Origin: Octopus sinensis | Lineage: Eukaryota | Length of the DNA: 64,000 nt | NCBI RefSeq assembly: GCF_006345805.1 | Contig: NW_021833055.1 | Span: 1 to 64,000, forward strand | Direction of reading: 5' to 3' | Shown here: one piece after another, positions 26,245 through 38,300 of the stretch | Layout: every line of letters starts with the position of its first letter | Position numbering within the stretch: the first letter of the stretch is position 1 | Notes under the pieces: generated by a model | The model's database searches: none | What the model saw: the letters and a program-made list of their open reading frames with translations, nothing else | Told to the model about the DNA's origin: nothing | Program-made: the position numbers and the translations under genes

Positions 26245-26520
26245 AGGGTGCCAGTCGATTAGATCAACCCCAGTACGCAACTGGTACTTACTTATCGACT
26301 CCTAAAGGATGAAAGACAAAGTCTACCTCAGCGTAATTTGAACTCAAAACATAAAGATAGGGGAAATACCGCGCAGAATTCCGCCCGGCGTGCTAATGTT
26401 TCTTATTTCTTTATTGCCCACAAGGGACAAAATATAGAGGGGACAAACAAGGACAGACAAAGGGATTAAGTCGCTTAGATCGACGCCAGTGCGTAACTGG
26501 TACTTAATGTATCGAACCCA
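26245..26520 (-). mobile_element. Two adjacent SINE family B pieces in the same orientation
   Basis: 26245-26402 is the head and body; 26403-26520 is the tail half (tatttctttattgcccacaagg...) abutting the head of the first. Confidence 0.8.
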
Positions 26521-26529
26521 GAGGATTCG

Positions 26530-26772
26530 ATAGTCCAGAAAGAAGTGGATAAGTTGTCAAAGAACGAAGACCTCGAAATTTAAGTATTGAAGATGTGAAA
26601 CGTGACTGTAAAATCACTACCAATAATAATTGGAATATTGGGCATGATAAAAAAAGAACTTATAAAGAAAAACGCAGAAGATATACCTGAATCCTCAACA
26701 CTACACACTGTCCCAAAAACATCCATGCTAGGAACAGCCCACATCCTACGTGAAACACTATCAGCTCAATAA
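26530..26772 (+). pseudogene. R4/Dong-like non-LTR retrotransposon, C-terminal restriction-like endonuclease fragment
   Basis: Translation IVQKEVDKLSKNEDLEI*VLKM*NVTVKSLPIIIGILGMIKK...MLGTAHILRETLSAQ* fits the R4/Dong C-terminal pattern KxxKYxDLxIE...PxIxGxLG...LLGTAHILR; two in-frame stops. Confidence 0.8.
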
Positions 26773-28308
26773 AGAAATATTTAAAAACACAAGCCAGCCA
26801 CATACTCAAGACACACTCTATACAACAGTTAGCCACTGAAATAAACTTACGCCTGTAAACCAAGAGCCAACGCCTTACAGACACAAGCAGTTACACAAGA
26901 AAAGACTACACTGCACCTGAAGAGGGCATAAAACAAACAAGATAAAACACTGGTAAGAGTTTGCGCTCTCACAACCACAGAAAAGAACACACAATGTTGT
27001 ACACACCCCAGAAAGACAAAGGTGTAGCAGGAGCCGCAGTAGGAATTAGTCTCCAACTACCAAATGTTGAAGAATTATATTAAAAATATATATAATTATA
27101 TAATAAATAATTTTGTGCCAAATTTATTACGTAAGGATACTAAGTTTTTAATTCGGATTGAAAGTGTAATGAAAATTATACATCGACGAAGAGGTTCTAC
27201 GCAAAAGAAACATCCCTGGAGTTGCTTCCTTTACTTACAAGAAGAATACTTGAAATAACATTTAATATGGTGCTATACCGGTATTTTCCCAGTGCAGCAG
27301 AAACATATTTAAAAGGGACGGGCGTTTCACGTGTGTGAATTTCTGTGTAATTGAACTTCTGAAATATATTTTTATTTTATTTTCTCGATTATGTACAATT
27401 TTGTACACTTGTTTATAATTCTGTCTTCACCGGTCCAAGTCCAGTAATTAGAAAACAAAAATATATGCAAATGAATCACATCCATTATTGCCGCCCCGAA
27501 TTCTCATTACAATTTACATATTGTTACGAAATGAGCTCTTGTTTTCTACTTGCTCACTGCATAATTATTTCAGCTTAACTTTGTAATGCTCACTAATTAC
27601 CTTTTTAATGGTTAATTAAATAAATAAACACACCTAGGTAATACAAAACTCATTATGAAACCCAAAAGACCAACCTGCATCTGACGTTTATTATCAGATT
27701 TTACCTCGGAACATATAGTGGTTAAGATCATAAACGCTAATTCTTTTAGCGAACTACATAATTATTTATTTGTTCGTAAGAATAATATCTTACTTCATAG
27801 GTACATTTTTAATTATCTCCTTCTTAGCAAAGAACAATTTTCAGCATTATTAAAAACCTATCAGTTTTGTTCTTCGTATTTTTTAGATTTCTTTTAATTG
27901 ATAGAAAGAAATTCTCTATGTAGTTATATCCTTAACGGTCTGGAAAAATAAGACAATTCTTAATTACGTTTTTTCCCCCAGATGTCTTTTCTATTTTTTT
28001 TTTTTTGCTTTTCTCTTATTGTTTTCCTTTCGCTACAAACGTTGCTCGTACTTGGAACATTCTTAAAGGTTTCTAACATTATTTGCCTGACGAATCATGT
28101 TATGATGTAAGTCTCGTGGGGTGGCTGGGTATTTAGGAATTCAAAATAGCATTAACGCTGTAAAATCGGGCGCTATATTAGTTAAGCAACTTGCAGAGAC
28201 ATAAGTGTAAACCTCATTGAAGCTATGAACAGCACCACCTTCTCCAAACACCACCAACATTGCAAAAAGGAACTAATTTCTAGAAATCAGAACTGCAGCA
28301 GCAACAAC

Positions 28309-28412
28309 AGTGGAGGCGGTCGGAAAATCGTGGTTTCGATTCCCAGACCGGGTATATATGTGTTTATTGAGCGAAAACACCTAAAGCTCCACGAGGCCCC
28401 GGCAGAGGGTGG
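28309..28412 (+). mobile_element. SINE family C/D 5' fragment with internal deletion
   Basis: agtggaggcg joins directly to gtcggaaaatcgtggtttcgattcccagaccggg...aaaacacctaaagctccacgaggccccggcagagggtgg. Confidence 0.8.
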
Positions 28413-29147
28413 AAGACTGGAATAGTATTATAGATGAAGCATGTAATTAAGTGTGATGAGTTGAAGGAAAATGTGTGAAAAGAAAAACGCAAATCAATAC
28501 ATACATTTTTAACTCTGATAAAAGCCGGAACTGTGGTTGGTTCCGGTTTTCATAAGTGTGGACTGTCACTAAACTCCTCCAGTTAGATACTTCGTATGAA
28601 CACAGAAAAGGAGTTCGTTAAATTTAGAGATGGAGTTTAACAAAGAACTTAATTTTGATCAGTTATCTATATAAGTCATAATTTCTTTGATTCGCACGGT
28701 CAACATAGAGTGGTTGAATGGAATACGCGAATCGTTTCGTAGCCGAATTAGCGAAATTGTCATGGACCAATTGTCCGACGCTCTTGAAGAATTCTCGCTA
28801 CTTCAATAACCTCGACGCTTAAGTGAACGTTCTCTCTTGCATCCATTAATTATTGCAGTTCTTTTACTATTTTACTATTTTGCTACGTTATTGAAATATT
28901 TGCTAGCATATTATATACTTTTTTTTTTAAATTTGGTGTTGAATTTTATTTTTAGATATAATAATCACAATTGTTGGAGATTCTATTCCTTCGCGATTTC
29001 CGAGTGCGTTGCTAAGGCCTCCCACAATGATCAAGTCAAACGTTTATTGGATCGTATAATATCGGTAAGCGTGATTCCGTCACTGTCCAAACATCTTTTC
29101 GAGTTATCGAGTCGACTTGAATATTCTTTTTCGTTAGTTCTTCATAC

Positions 29148-29191
<44 letters not shown>

Positions 29192-29419
29192 ATAACATAA
29201 TATATATAATATAATATAAATATATATGAATATATGCATATATACATGCATATATGTACATACCGACATATATATGTATATATACATACATGTATGGGTA
29301 CAGGACATCAGAAAAATGATGAACACAATGAGAAACGAAACATAATTAGAAAAATATAGAAGCGAGACATAGAGCAAAAGGAATATTCCCCTTCTTCCGT
29401 TGTCCATGTTTCATCTACT

Positions 29420-29476
<57 letters not shown>

Positions 29477-29695
29477 CATAAGTTGAATAAATAGAGTCAA
29501 CAGGAAATTGCACGTTTGGGTAGTTATTTAATAAACAGTATATAACGTATTCTGTTAAATTGTTATTATTCAAAGAGTCTTTGCCGCTCTTCATAGTAAA
29601 CTATAACTTGTGATGTTATTGTTTAGTGAAATATCTTGTTTCAAGTGCATTCCTATTTGGATATTTCCTTTTTCTTGTGCTGCATTCCTTGTAAT

Positions 29696-29748
<53 letters not shown>

Positions 29749-30019
29749 TTCTTTCTCTCTCGTTCTTTTCAATTGTTAAATTATGTATTTTCCTTATTCA
29801 ATTCATTAAGTATTCAGATATACTTTTATGTATTTTTATCTTCCATATTTCCCTCCGAGTAAAATTTTAAATGTCATTTTGTTAGGTAACAAATATAGTT
29901 TTATTATGTTCAGTTGGTGAACGTATTCCTTTTGTTACTAAAGCGCTTAATTCATATAATATTTATTTGAATCTCAAACTGTTATTCTTATCAGTTTATT
30001 CTTTATGTAGAATCAGTTT

Positions 30020-30335
30020 GAGGCGTAGTGAGCTGAAGTTGTCAGTTGCTAGAGCATTGTCAAAAGTTATTTGTAGCATTCTTTGAGGTCGATAAAGTCA
30101 ACAACCAGTCTTAATCTGAAATAGACTCAAACACCCACCCCAGAATTAATGGCCTTGTGTTCTGCTATAAACAATTTAAAGGCAGTGAGTTGGAAGAAAT
30201 ACTGGAGCCTCAAATAAAAGTTTTCGCGTACTCAGATCAACTTTCCTCGGGTAAACCTTGCCTTCCTTCCTCAAATGATGAATGAAATAAAGTACCATTG
30301 TAGTAGTTGCGTCGGTGTTATCAACTAAACCCACT
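30020..30335 (+). mobile_element. Very old SINE B-like fragments
   Basis: ggcagtgagttggaagaaa...ccttgccttccttcctc...aaataaagtacca...gtcggtgttatcaacta follows family B motif order at low identity. Confidence 0.4.
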
Positions 30336-30539
30336 TCTCAGGTCTCTTGACCTACCGAAGTCCCAAACCATTTAGTATTAGTTCGTATCTCTTCGTTTTC
30401 CAAGGTGCACCTTTTCATTTATAATTTTCTTACTAGTTGAATTCTTTCATTTTATCAGATATTTTCGTTAATCAATACAAAGTTACACATCCATCCACCC
30501 TTCCATCGTCTCCGTCTACTATTCCTGGGAGGTTCCTGG

Positions 30540-30540
30540 T

Positions 30541-30590
<50 letters not shown>

Positions 30591-30614
30591 TCAGCAGCAG
30601 TAGTAGTAGTAGTA

Positions 30615-30673
<59 letters not shown>
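30540..30673. repeat. (TAG)n microsatellite
   Basis: Near-perfect agt/tag run; source of the poly-S/V/T/L ORFs. Confidence 0.95.
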
Positions 30674-31762
30674 ATCGTTTCAGATGCTTGTTTTATATAT
30701 ACCTTGAGACTGGACATTTGTTTTAACGTTTCTTACACAAATGTTAGCAACGCCATGTCAATTGGTTTTGTTTCGAAGCTAGAATAAGACACATTATTAC
30801 TGAATTTCTCCTGTATTTCTTGCATTTATTGACATTTATTCCCATTGCTCTCGCATCGAGCACTCGTAAATTTTTGGGTCTCAATGCTAGTGATATTGTT
30901 AACAATTAATTTCAAAAGTGGTCGTGACTGTGGTGTTAAATAATATCACAAAACTTGCTTTTTTGAAAAATAACGAGATGTGTGTTTTCGGAATTGAAAT
31001 CTGTTTCAACACCTGAAATTCTATGAGTCTCTGATGTCGCACACTATATTTATGGTGCCACAGTGAACGGAATTAATGAAGTATGAGTAATAGAAGCATT
31101 AGTAACTGTAACAAAATTGGTAAATGATCCATGTGGGACTTTTAAATTAGTCACATTGTCTGTAACATATGTCATGCAACCATTTCCCAAGTTCGTACAA
31201 AACTTTGCATATAAACACAGGATTTATTATATAGCTTGCATATCAGTATATGACAGATAAGTCTTCCTGTATTATATTTTATCATACTTTAAAGGTAGCA
31301 GAAATATCTGAAATGCAAAGGGCTAAAAATTGTCAATAGGAGGTCACAAAGGGGTTATGATCTGAATCCTGCCTAGGTTGTAAGGACTTAAGTTCGAAAC
31401 ACTTGTATGAGTAGTGTATCTTCTTCTTCTACAGATTGTAAGAGCTTATAGGCCTAAAGCCTGAGGCGTGTTTCTTCAATGAAGAAATTCCGCTGTGCAT
31501 CTCACTCGCCAGTTACCACTTCAATTCATTCTTTCTTAAGCGAAGAAAAACGACGAAAGTGAATTGGCTATTACTACAGACTCTATCTCATTGCGTGACG
31601 TTCATGAAATAGTAGTCAAATATACTCGAAATTCTTTTTGCCATTTTCAGTCTAATTAGGCAATGTAGAAATGGGTGAAACTTGTGAATTGGACAGGGAG
31701 CGGAGGAGGAAATAACCATGAATGCATCAATAATGATTGGACCACAAGAAATAAGAATATAT

Positions 31763-31878
31763 ATTCATCTCTAGGTGTTTAAGGAGCGCAAATTAACAGT
31801 TAAATAAAGTTTACAAAATTATTCACCTCCAGGTGTTTAAGGAGGGCAAATTAACAGTTAACAAAAGTTTACAAAATT
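31763..31878. repeat. 58-bp direct tandem duplication (2 copies)
   Basis: 31763-31820 versus 31821-31878, five mismatches counted by eye. Confidence 0.9.
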
Positions 31879-33141
31879 AACAAGAACGAAGCAATACCAA
31901 AGACATTGTACATCATTCGATTGTAAATTATTTGTTTTGAATTTATAATTTGTGTAGTAGATGTAAATTAAATGCAATGAAGAAATGAAGTTATGTTACG
32001 TAGCCTATCACCTTGTCCTCAAGTTTTGACAAAATACATAAGCCGTGATTGAGATGCGGTGCTTATTTCAAATTCAGACGAATAGTAATTAATTGTGTGA
32101 CCTGAACCTTACCAAAACATACATAGATCTTCTACACCTTTTATTTTCTGGTTGCCGTTGATTCTGTTTCTGCGATACGTGTATCGAAACAAATTTCAAT
32201 GCGGAAAATAAACATTTTGCTATTCAGCAGAAAAACAAAGAAAATGTTTTGCGATATTATTTAACACCACTGTTACGACAACTCAATTTAATTGTAAAGA
32301 ATACCGCCAGCATTGAGGTAAAAATTTATGAGTACTCGATGTCAGAGCAATGGGAATAAACGTCAATAGCTCCAAGAAATACAAGAGAAATTTGATAATA
32401 ACGCCTCATCCGAAATTCAAAACAAACCCGATTCCTATATTATCGTAACATTTGTGTAAGAAACTTTAAAACAGAAATCCAGCTTGAAGATACATACGAA
32501 AAACGTTTCTTCTACTACTACTAATACTACTGCTACTGGCTGCTTATACACCTGTAGCGCTGTTGATGATGCTGCTGCTGTTGTTTTTGCTGTTGTTTTT
32601 CACGTTGGCAATCATGGTGGTTTCCAGCTATAGATGTCGTTGCTAAACACTGCATACGATCTGACAAAAGCAATCCGACAAAGAATATTCAACATTTCTT
32701 CCTGGAAACACACATTCATCCATCAATTTAACTATGAGTGGAATTTATTGGTTGTTTCTAGCTATAATAAAATACCATGAAGATCTACTCTTGACTCATA
32801 TGAGTACTAATTAAGAGAATTTTTAACATAATTAGGGCATCACGGTTTCTTCATTCTGATGAATTTCACATTTCGTGTCATGCACAAAAGCTTAGTATTT
32901 CGAATTATTTATAGCGCTGTTTATTTAAATGCTTGCGTTTTGGTTTAGATGTGTCCGCCATAACGAAATTTAATGGTGGTTTTAGGTGTTTTTCTTTATA
33001 GCAAGATTTTGGTGTATTGTTAATTGGCAAATCTGAAATTATTAGGCTTAGAATGGAAGGTATTGGGACGACCAGAACTTTAACCTCAAAAAACAAACTC
33101 CGACCCAGATATAAGGGGGCACTTTTAATGAATGTGTGTGA

Positions 33142-33712
<571 letters not shown>

Positions 33713-34014
33713 GAATATTTATTTATTTAAATATACGAACAAGGACGCTGCTGCCAGGAAAAATTTCAGGATCATAAGAGTTCCGAATAATATGTTTAAT
33801 GCCACTTCTTCCGGGCCATTACTTTTTGAGATCGAATACAACCGAACAGATTTATGCGTTTCATTCTTTCGCGTTCGAAATAAACTAAGTCGTAATTTAG
33901 AAATTGGGCCGACACAAAGCCCTAAAAATTCTTAGTCTTGAGCCAAACTTAGAAACAATAAAGATAATAATGGACCCAAATTTTGCTACAAGGGCAGCAG
34001 TTTGAACGGGAGAG

Positions 34015-34180
34015 GATGAGTCGATTACACCAACACCAATGTTCCACTGGTGCTGAATTTATCAACTCACGAAAGGAGGAATGTGAAAGTAGACCTTCTG
34101 AATATTAACTTGAAACGTAGAAACGGGCGAAATAACGCTAAGTATCTCATCCAGCGTGTTAACGATCTTGCCAGCCGGTG
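34015..34180 (-). mobile_element. Degenerate SINE family B
   Basis: gtcgattacacc...ctggtgctgaatttatcaactcacgaaaggagg...gaaataacgctaagtat...gttaacgatcttgccagc. Confidence 0.6.
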
Positions 34181-34200
34181 GTGGTGTTAGTAGTAGTATT

Positions 34201-34596
34201 GGATCTTCGGTTTCTAGGTAACTAAAAAATTTTAAACTTCGTATACTGGTAGAATGTGTTTATAAAACATCTTTTTCTCTTGGCTTTATTGAGAAAATTC
34301 TATAGATTGTAAGATATTTGTTGTTTGTTTTCTTCAATTTCTGCAATTTCAACCAATCAATTACGTCCGTTGAGGTAAACTCTTTCTGTGCCGTATGAAT
34401 ATGTCCGTCGTTTAAGAAACAGATTGGTTTTATTTACATTTCTGAAGAAAAAAAGATACACTTCTTCCCCACTCCAAACCTAACCCTAACTCTAAAACAG
34501 ATTGAAATGCAATAGATCGATACTAGGGTCATAATTATGGGTGACAATTTCATATGACACCGCTAGAAAAATCTGCCGTTCTAACCGAAAAGATCC
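34201..34596. mobile_element. Non-autonomous TIR DNA transposon (MITE, family E) with telomere-like internal repeat
   Basis: Starts GGATCTTCGGTTT and ends AACCGAAAAGATCC (inverted). Flanking 8-mers gtagtatt / gtagtagt. Internal cctaaccctaac. Second copy at 52136-52425. Confidence 0.85.
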
Positions 34597-34628
<32 letters not shown>

Positions 34629-35362
34629 CGCAGCAGCATCTGCACGATTTCTTTTTCATTTAGGAATGATGTAATGCTCAGAAAAAAAGATGTATCCTAT
34701 TTGTTTTAATACATAAAAAAAATGTCGTAATAATAAATACATTGTGAAAAAACATTTCTGCAGATGTTAGTATGATTAACAAATGGTTTGTAAAAATCTT
34801 CTGAAAATACTTGCTGACAATATTATTGATACTACTTGGTACTTGTTGGAATCGTTCCTTGTAAGTTAGCTGTCAATATCGTCAGGTATCAGGTTATTTA
34901 TCGGTCTATTTTTACCATTTACAAAAAGGCTGGTTGGACACGTTTTATTACCAATTAATTCAATATCTGAGACGGTATCTTTCATTCCTATTTCGCCTCT
35001 TGCTTTAAATACACTCATCCGTTATTGATATATCAATTATCGTTACTGTATTGTCATTTATGTCATTGAAAACGCCGGCCCTGTATTGTAACTAATTTGG
35101 GTATGTTAAAACCGAATGGGAGCTTCACAGGTAGACAAATATATGAGCGACAGGGAATTAGTCTTGCAAGAAATATTACTGTGTCGGCCATTTACATACC
35201 AGAAGTAATTTTTTTGTCTGTTTTGATTTGCCTCGAAGTATAGTTAGTGTCAAACCAATATTGAATAACTCGATACAATATCGTTGGAGAACACAGTATT
35301 GTTTCAGAAAATAATGCATATTATTGACACCACTCTTCCATAAACATATATTAATAACAGAA

Positions 35363-36146
35363 AAGGCGGTGAGCTGGCAGAAACGTTAGCACGCCGGACG
35401 AAATGCGTGACCGTATTTTGTCTGCCTTTACGTGCTGTGTTAAAATTCCGCCGAGGTCGACTTTGCCTTTCATCCTTTCGGGGTCGATTAAATAAGTACC
35501 AGTTACGCACTGGGGTCGATGTAATCGACTTAATCCGTTTGTCTGTCCTTGTTTGTCCTCTATGTGTTTAGCCCCTTGTGGGTAGTAAAGAAATAGGTAT
35601 TTCGTCTGCCGATACGTTCTGGGTTCAAATTCCGCCGAGGTCGACTTTGCCTTTCATCTTTTCTGGGTCGATTAAATAAGAACCAGTTACGCACTGGGGT
35701 CGATGTAATCGACTTAATCCGTTTGTCTGTCCTTGTTTGTCCTCTATGTGTTTAGCCTCTTGTGGGTAGTAAAGAAATAGGTATTTCGTCTGCCGATACG
35801 TTCTGGGTTCAAATTCCGCCGAGGTCGACTTTGCCTTTCATCTTTTCTGCTTCGATTAAATAAGTACCAGTTATTTACTGGTGTCGATGTAATCTACTTA
35901 ATCTGTTTGTCTGTCCTCGTGTGTCCTCTATGTGTTTAGCCCCTTGTGGGTAGCAAAGAAATAGGTATTTCGTCTGCCGATACGTTCTGGGTTCAAATTC
36001 CGCCGAGGTCGTCTTTGCCTTTCATCTTTTCTGGGTCGATTAAATAAGTACCAGTTATTTACTGGGGTCGATGTAATCGACTTAATCCGTTTGTCTGTCC
36101 TTGTGCCCCCCCCCTGTGTTTAGCCCCTTGTGAGTAGTAAAGAAAT
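35363..36146 (+). mobile_element. SINE family B tetramer: one head plus four 184-bp units, single 16-bp TSD
   Basis: Unit junctions aaatag|gtatttcg at 35597, 35781 and 35965; TSD atatattaataacaga at 35346-35361 and 36147-36162. Confidence 0.95.
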
Positions 36147-38073
36147 ATATATTAATAACAGAGAGGACTCTAAAAATGGCTAACATTACCGAACGAACGA
36201 ATTTACACAATAAATATCTTTGTATCTAAGGCTTGAAATATTTACCCCAAGCGAGAATGAATTTTTATTTACTTATTTATTATTTATTTTGTAATTGGAT
36301 TTTGCTTGCAATTATTTCTCTAATTTAGTTTCATGCACACATATATCGTAAAAAAATGTATCGGCTTGCGCCTTTGCCTCATTTGCTCAACGTTTTAGCT
36401 ATCCGTTTTCTTACCGTATTTCTTGGGAGAATTTCATTGAATCTCAGCGAATAAATTATTCCATTGCCTACAAATAATTAAATAACGTATGATGAAGAAT
36501 CGAAAGAAATTAGTGGTTCTGCGTATCGGCAGTTTACTTCAGAGGATCTAGAAGAGAAACGTAAAGTGGAGTAGTTTTCACGGTGACGAGTGAAAACTTA
36601 ATTGTTTCGGAGGTTTATAATTTGAACAGACGTTAATATGTTTGCTACATAAACGGAAATAATATAAACTTGTAGTTAAAAAAAAATGTGAGATGTTTCA
36701 ATCACCAAAGTAGAGAAATTGTTATAAGTTACTATTATCCCACTTATAATAGGGAAACCACAACATACTTGAATCTTTATCTTCTGCTCTGTCATTCAAA
36801 TCCAATAACCACGTTCATAGAATCCACTCTAATCGGTTTCTTGAGATATACATTCTCATTGATGAAACGCGTAAGCGGTCTAAACTTTACAGGCTGTACT
36901 TATATAGTAAGATGATAGAGATGACAACAATATCTTCCTCAAATCAAGTGTTACTCAACATTAAAGAGAAATATACAGGGACATAAGATAATACTCTCTT
37001 CACTATCTATACAATGGCGATAATCGCACGGCTGGAGCGTCTCTTGTCATCGATTTACTAATGCAGAGCTAACATCAGTTGTAAATAACAAAGAATAGCT
37101 GAGAAGGAGAAAGTTTACTAAATTAAACAAACTTTCATCAAAAACACACTCGGGCTGCTCAAAAGTGACTGAATAGGTCAGCGGTGTATTTGGCCAAATA
37201 TTATGTCTGAATATAAAATGAGTTGGTGTGGACAAATTTGGGCTAGGATTTCTTCGTTTGTCCCAATCTCTTACTAATCGTTATAGGTACCTACGTATCA
37301 GCAAACAAAATAATAATACTTGACCCATTCTCAAACTGAAAGATGGAAGATCCAACACAGAGATATCGGCAGCAGTCATCTCTCGGTTTTATCTGGTACT
37401 CTTTATTATTCTGCATTTACTGGACCAGAGTGCATGTTGTGGGTTTCTAAAACTTCTCAAGTACCCCTAGTCTAGGACCTGACACTCAGCCTTATTATCG
37501 TGATTACCCTAATCACTTGACCACAATGCAAAAATATATATTAAATTCCTTATGCCAGATACCTCCTAAAATATTCTCTTTCGCCTATACATAACCGTTG
37601 GAGGAGTGAGATGTGACGTGTAGTGTTACAATGTTTTATAATACGTTGGTCTCTTACGTTCCACTCCAAGTATTGCAAAACTATTTGGTTATGGTATTTA
37701 CTGCAAATGTTTTATTGATATAGATTATATTTTTGCTATATATATGAGAGCTTAGAATTTTTATTATTAAAGTCAAAATATTAATTTATTAGTTTCATTC
37801 GAACAGTTTTGACGCCCAGAGTTTTAATTTCCTCTATGCTGAAATACTTATTCAACGCTGAATTGTCAAATCCATCAATTATCTCACCTCACTTGAGTTT
37901 CAAATTAAGTGTCCATCTCGTCCGACTCACCCGTCTGTTTCGGTTTATTGTCATCGTTTTGCATTTTACTACTCTGTTCCTGGTTTTAATTTTCGTTAAT
38001 AGAATGCTTTGACATTATAAGTTTTATGTAATTCAAATGTAAAAGACGATGAACTTCTAGTATTCTCCTTCAT

Positions 38074-38076
38074 CTA

Positions 38077-38141
<65 letters not shown>

Positions 38142-38214
38142 ATATCTATCTATCTATCTATCTGTTTGTACACCACCTACCTTCGTCTTTTGCTTATGTT
38201 CGTAAACTTTCCCT

Positions 38215-38276
<62 letters not shown>

Positions 38277-38300
38277 ATCTATCTATCTACCAATCTATCC
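38074..38300. repeat. (TATC)n microsatellite, two blocks
   Basis: Two tatc runs separated by a short unique spacer. Confidence 0.9.

Noticed and set aside
28087-28110. CTGACGA-atcat-gtt-atgat-GTAA hammerhead-like string
   Set aside because: GUAA replaces the invariant GAAA and neither stem I nor stem III can be formed.
35050-35260. Minus-strand fragments LPFGF and PAFSMT resembling the Helitron helicase motif LPF...QFPVRxAFAMTINK
   Set aside because: Requires several frameshifts, and the downstream SQGQT/HGQLYVALSR motifs are absent; too weak without a profile search.
35597-36146. Regularly spaced repeats as a possible CRISPR array
   Set aside because: Units are contiguous 184-bp SINE bodies with no unique spacers, and the context is eukaryotic.
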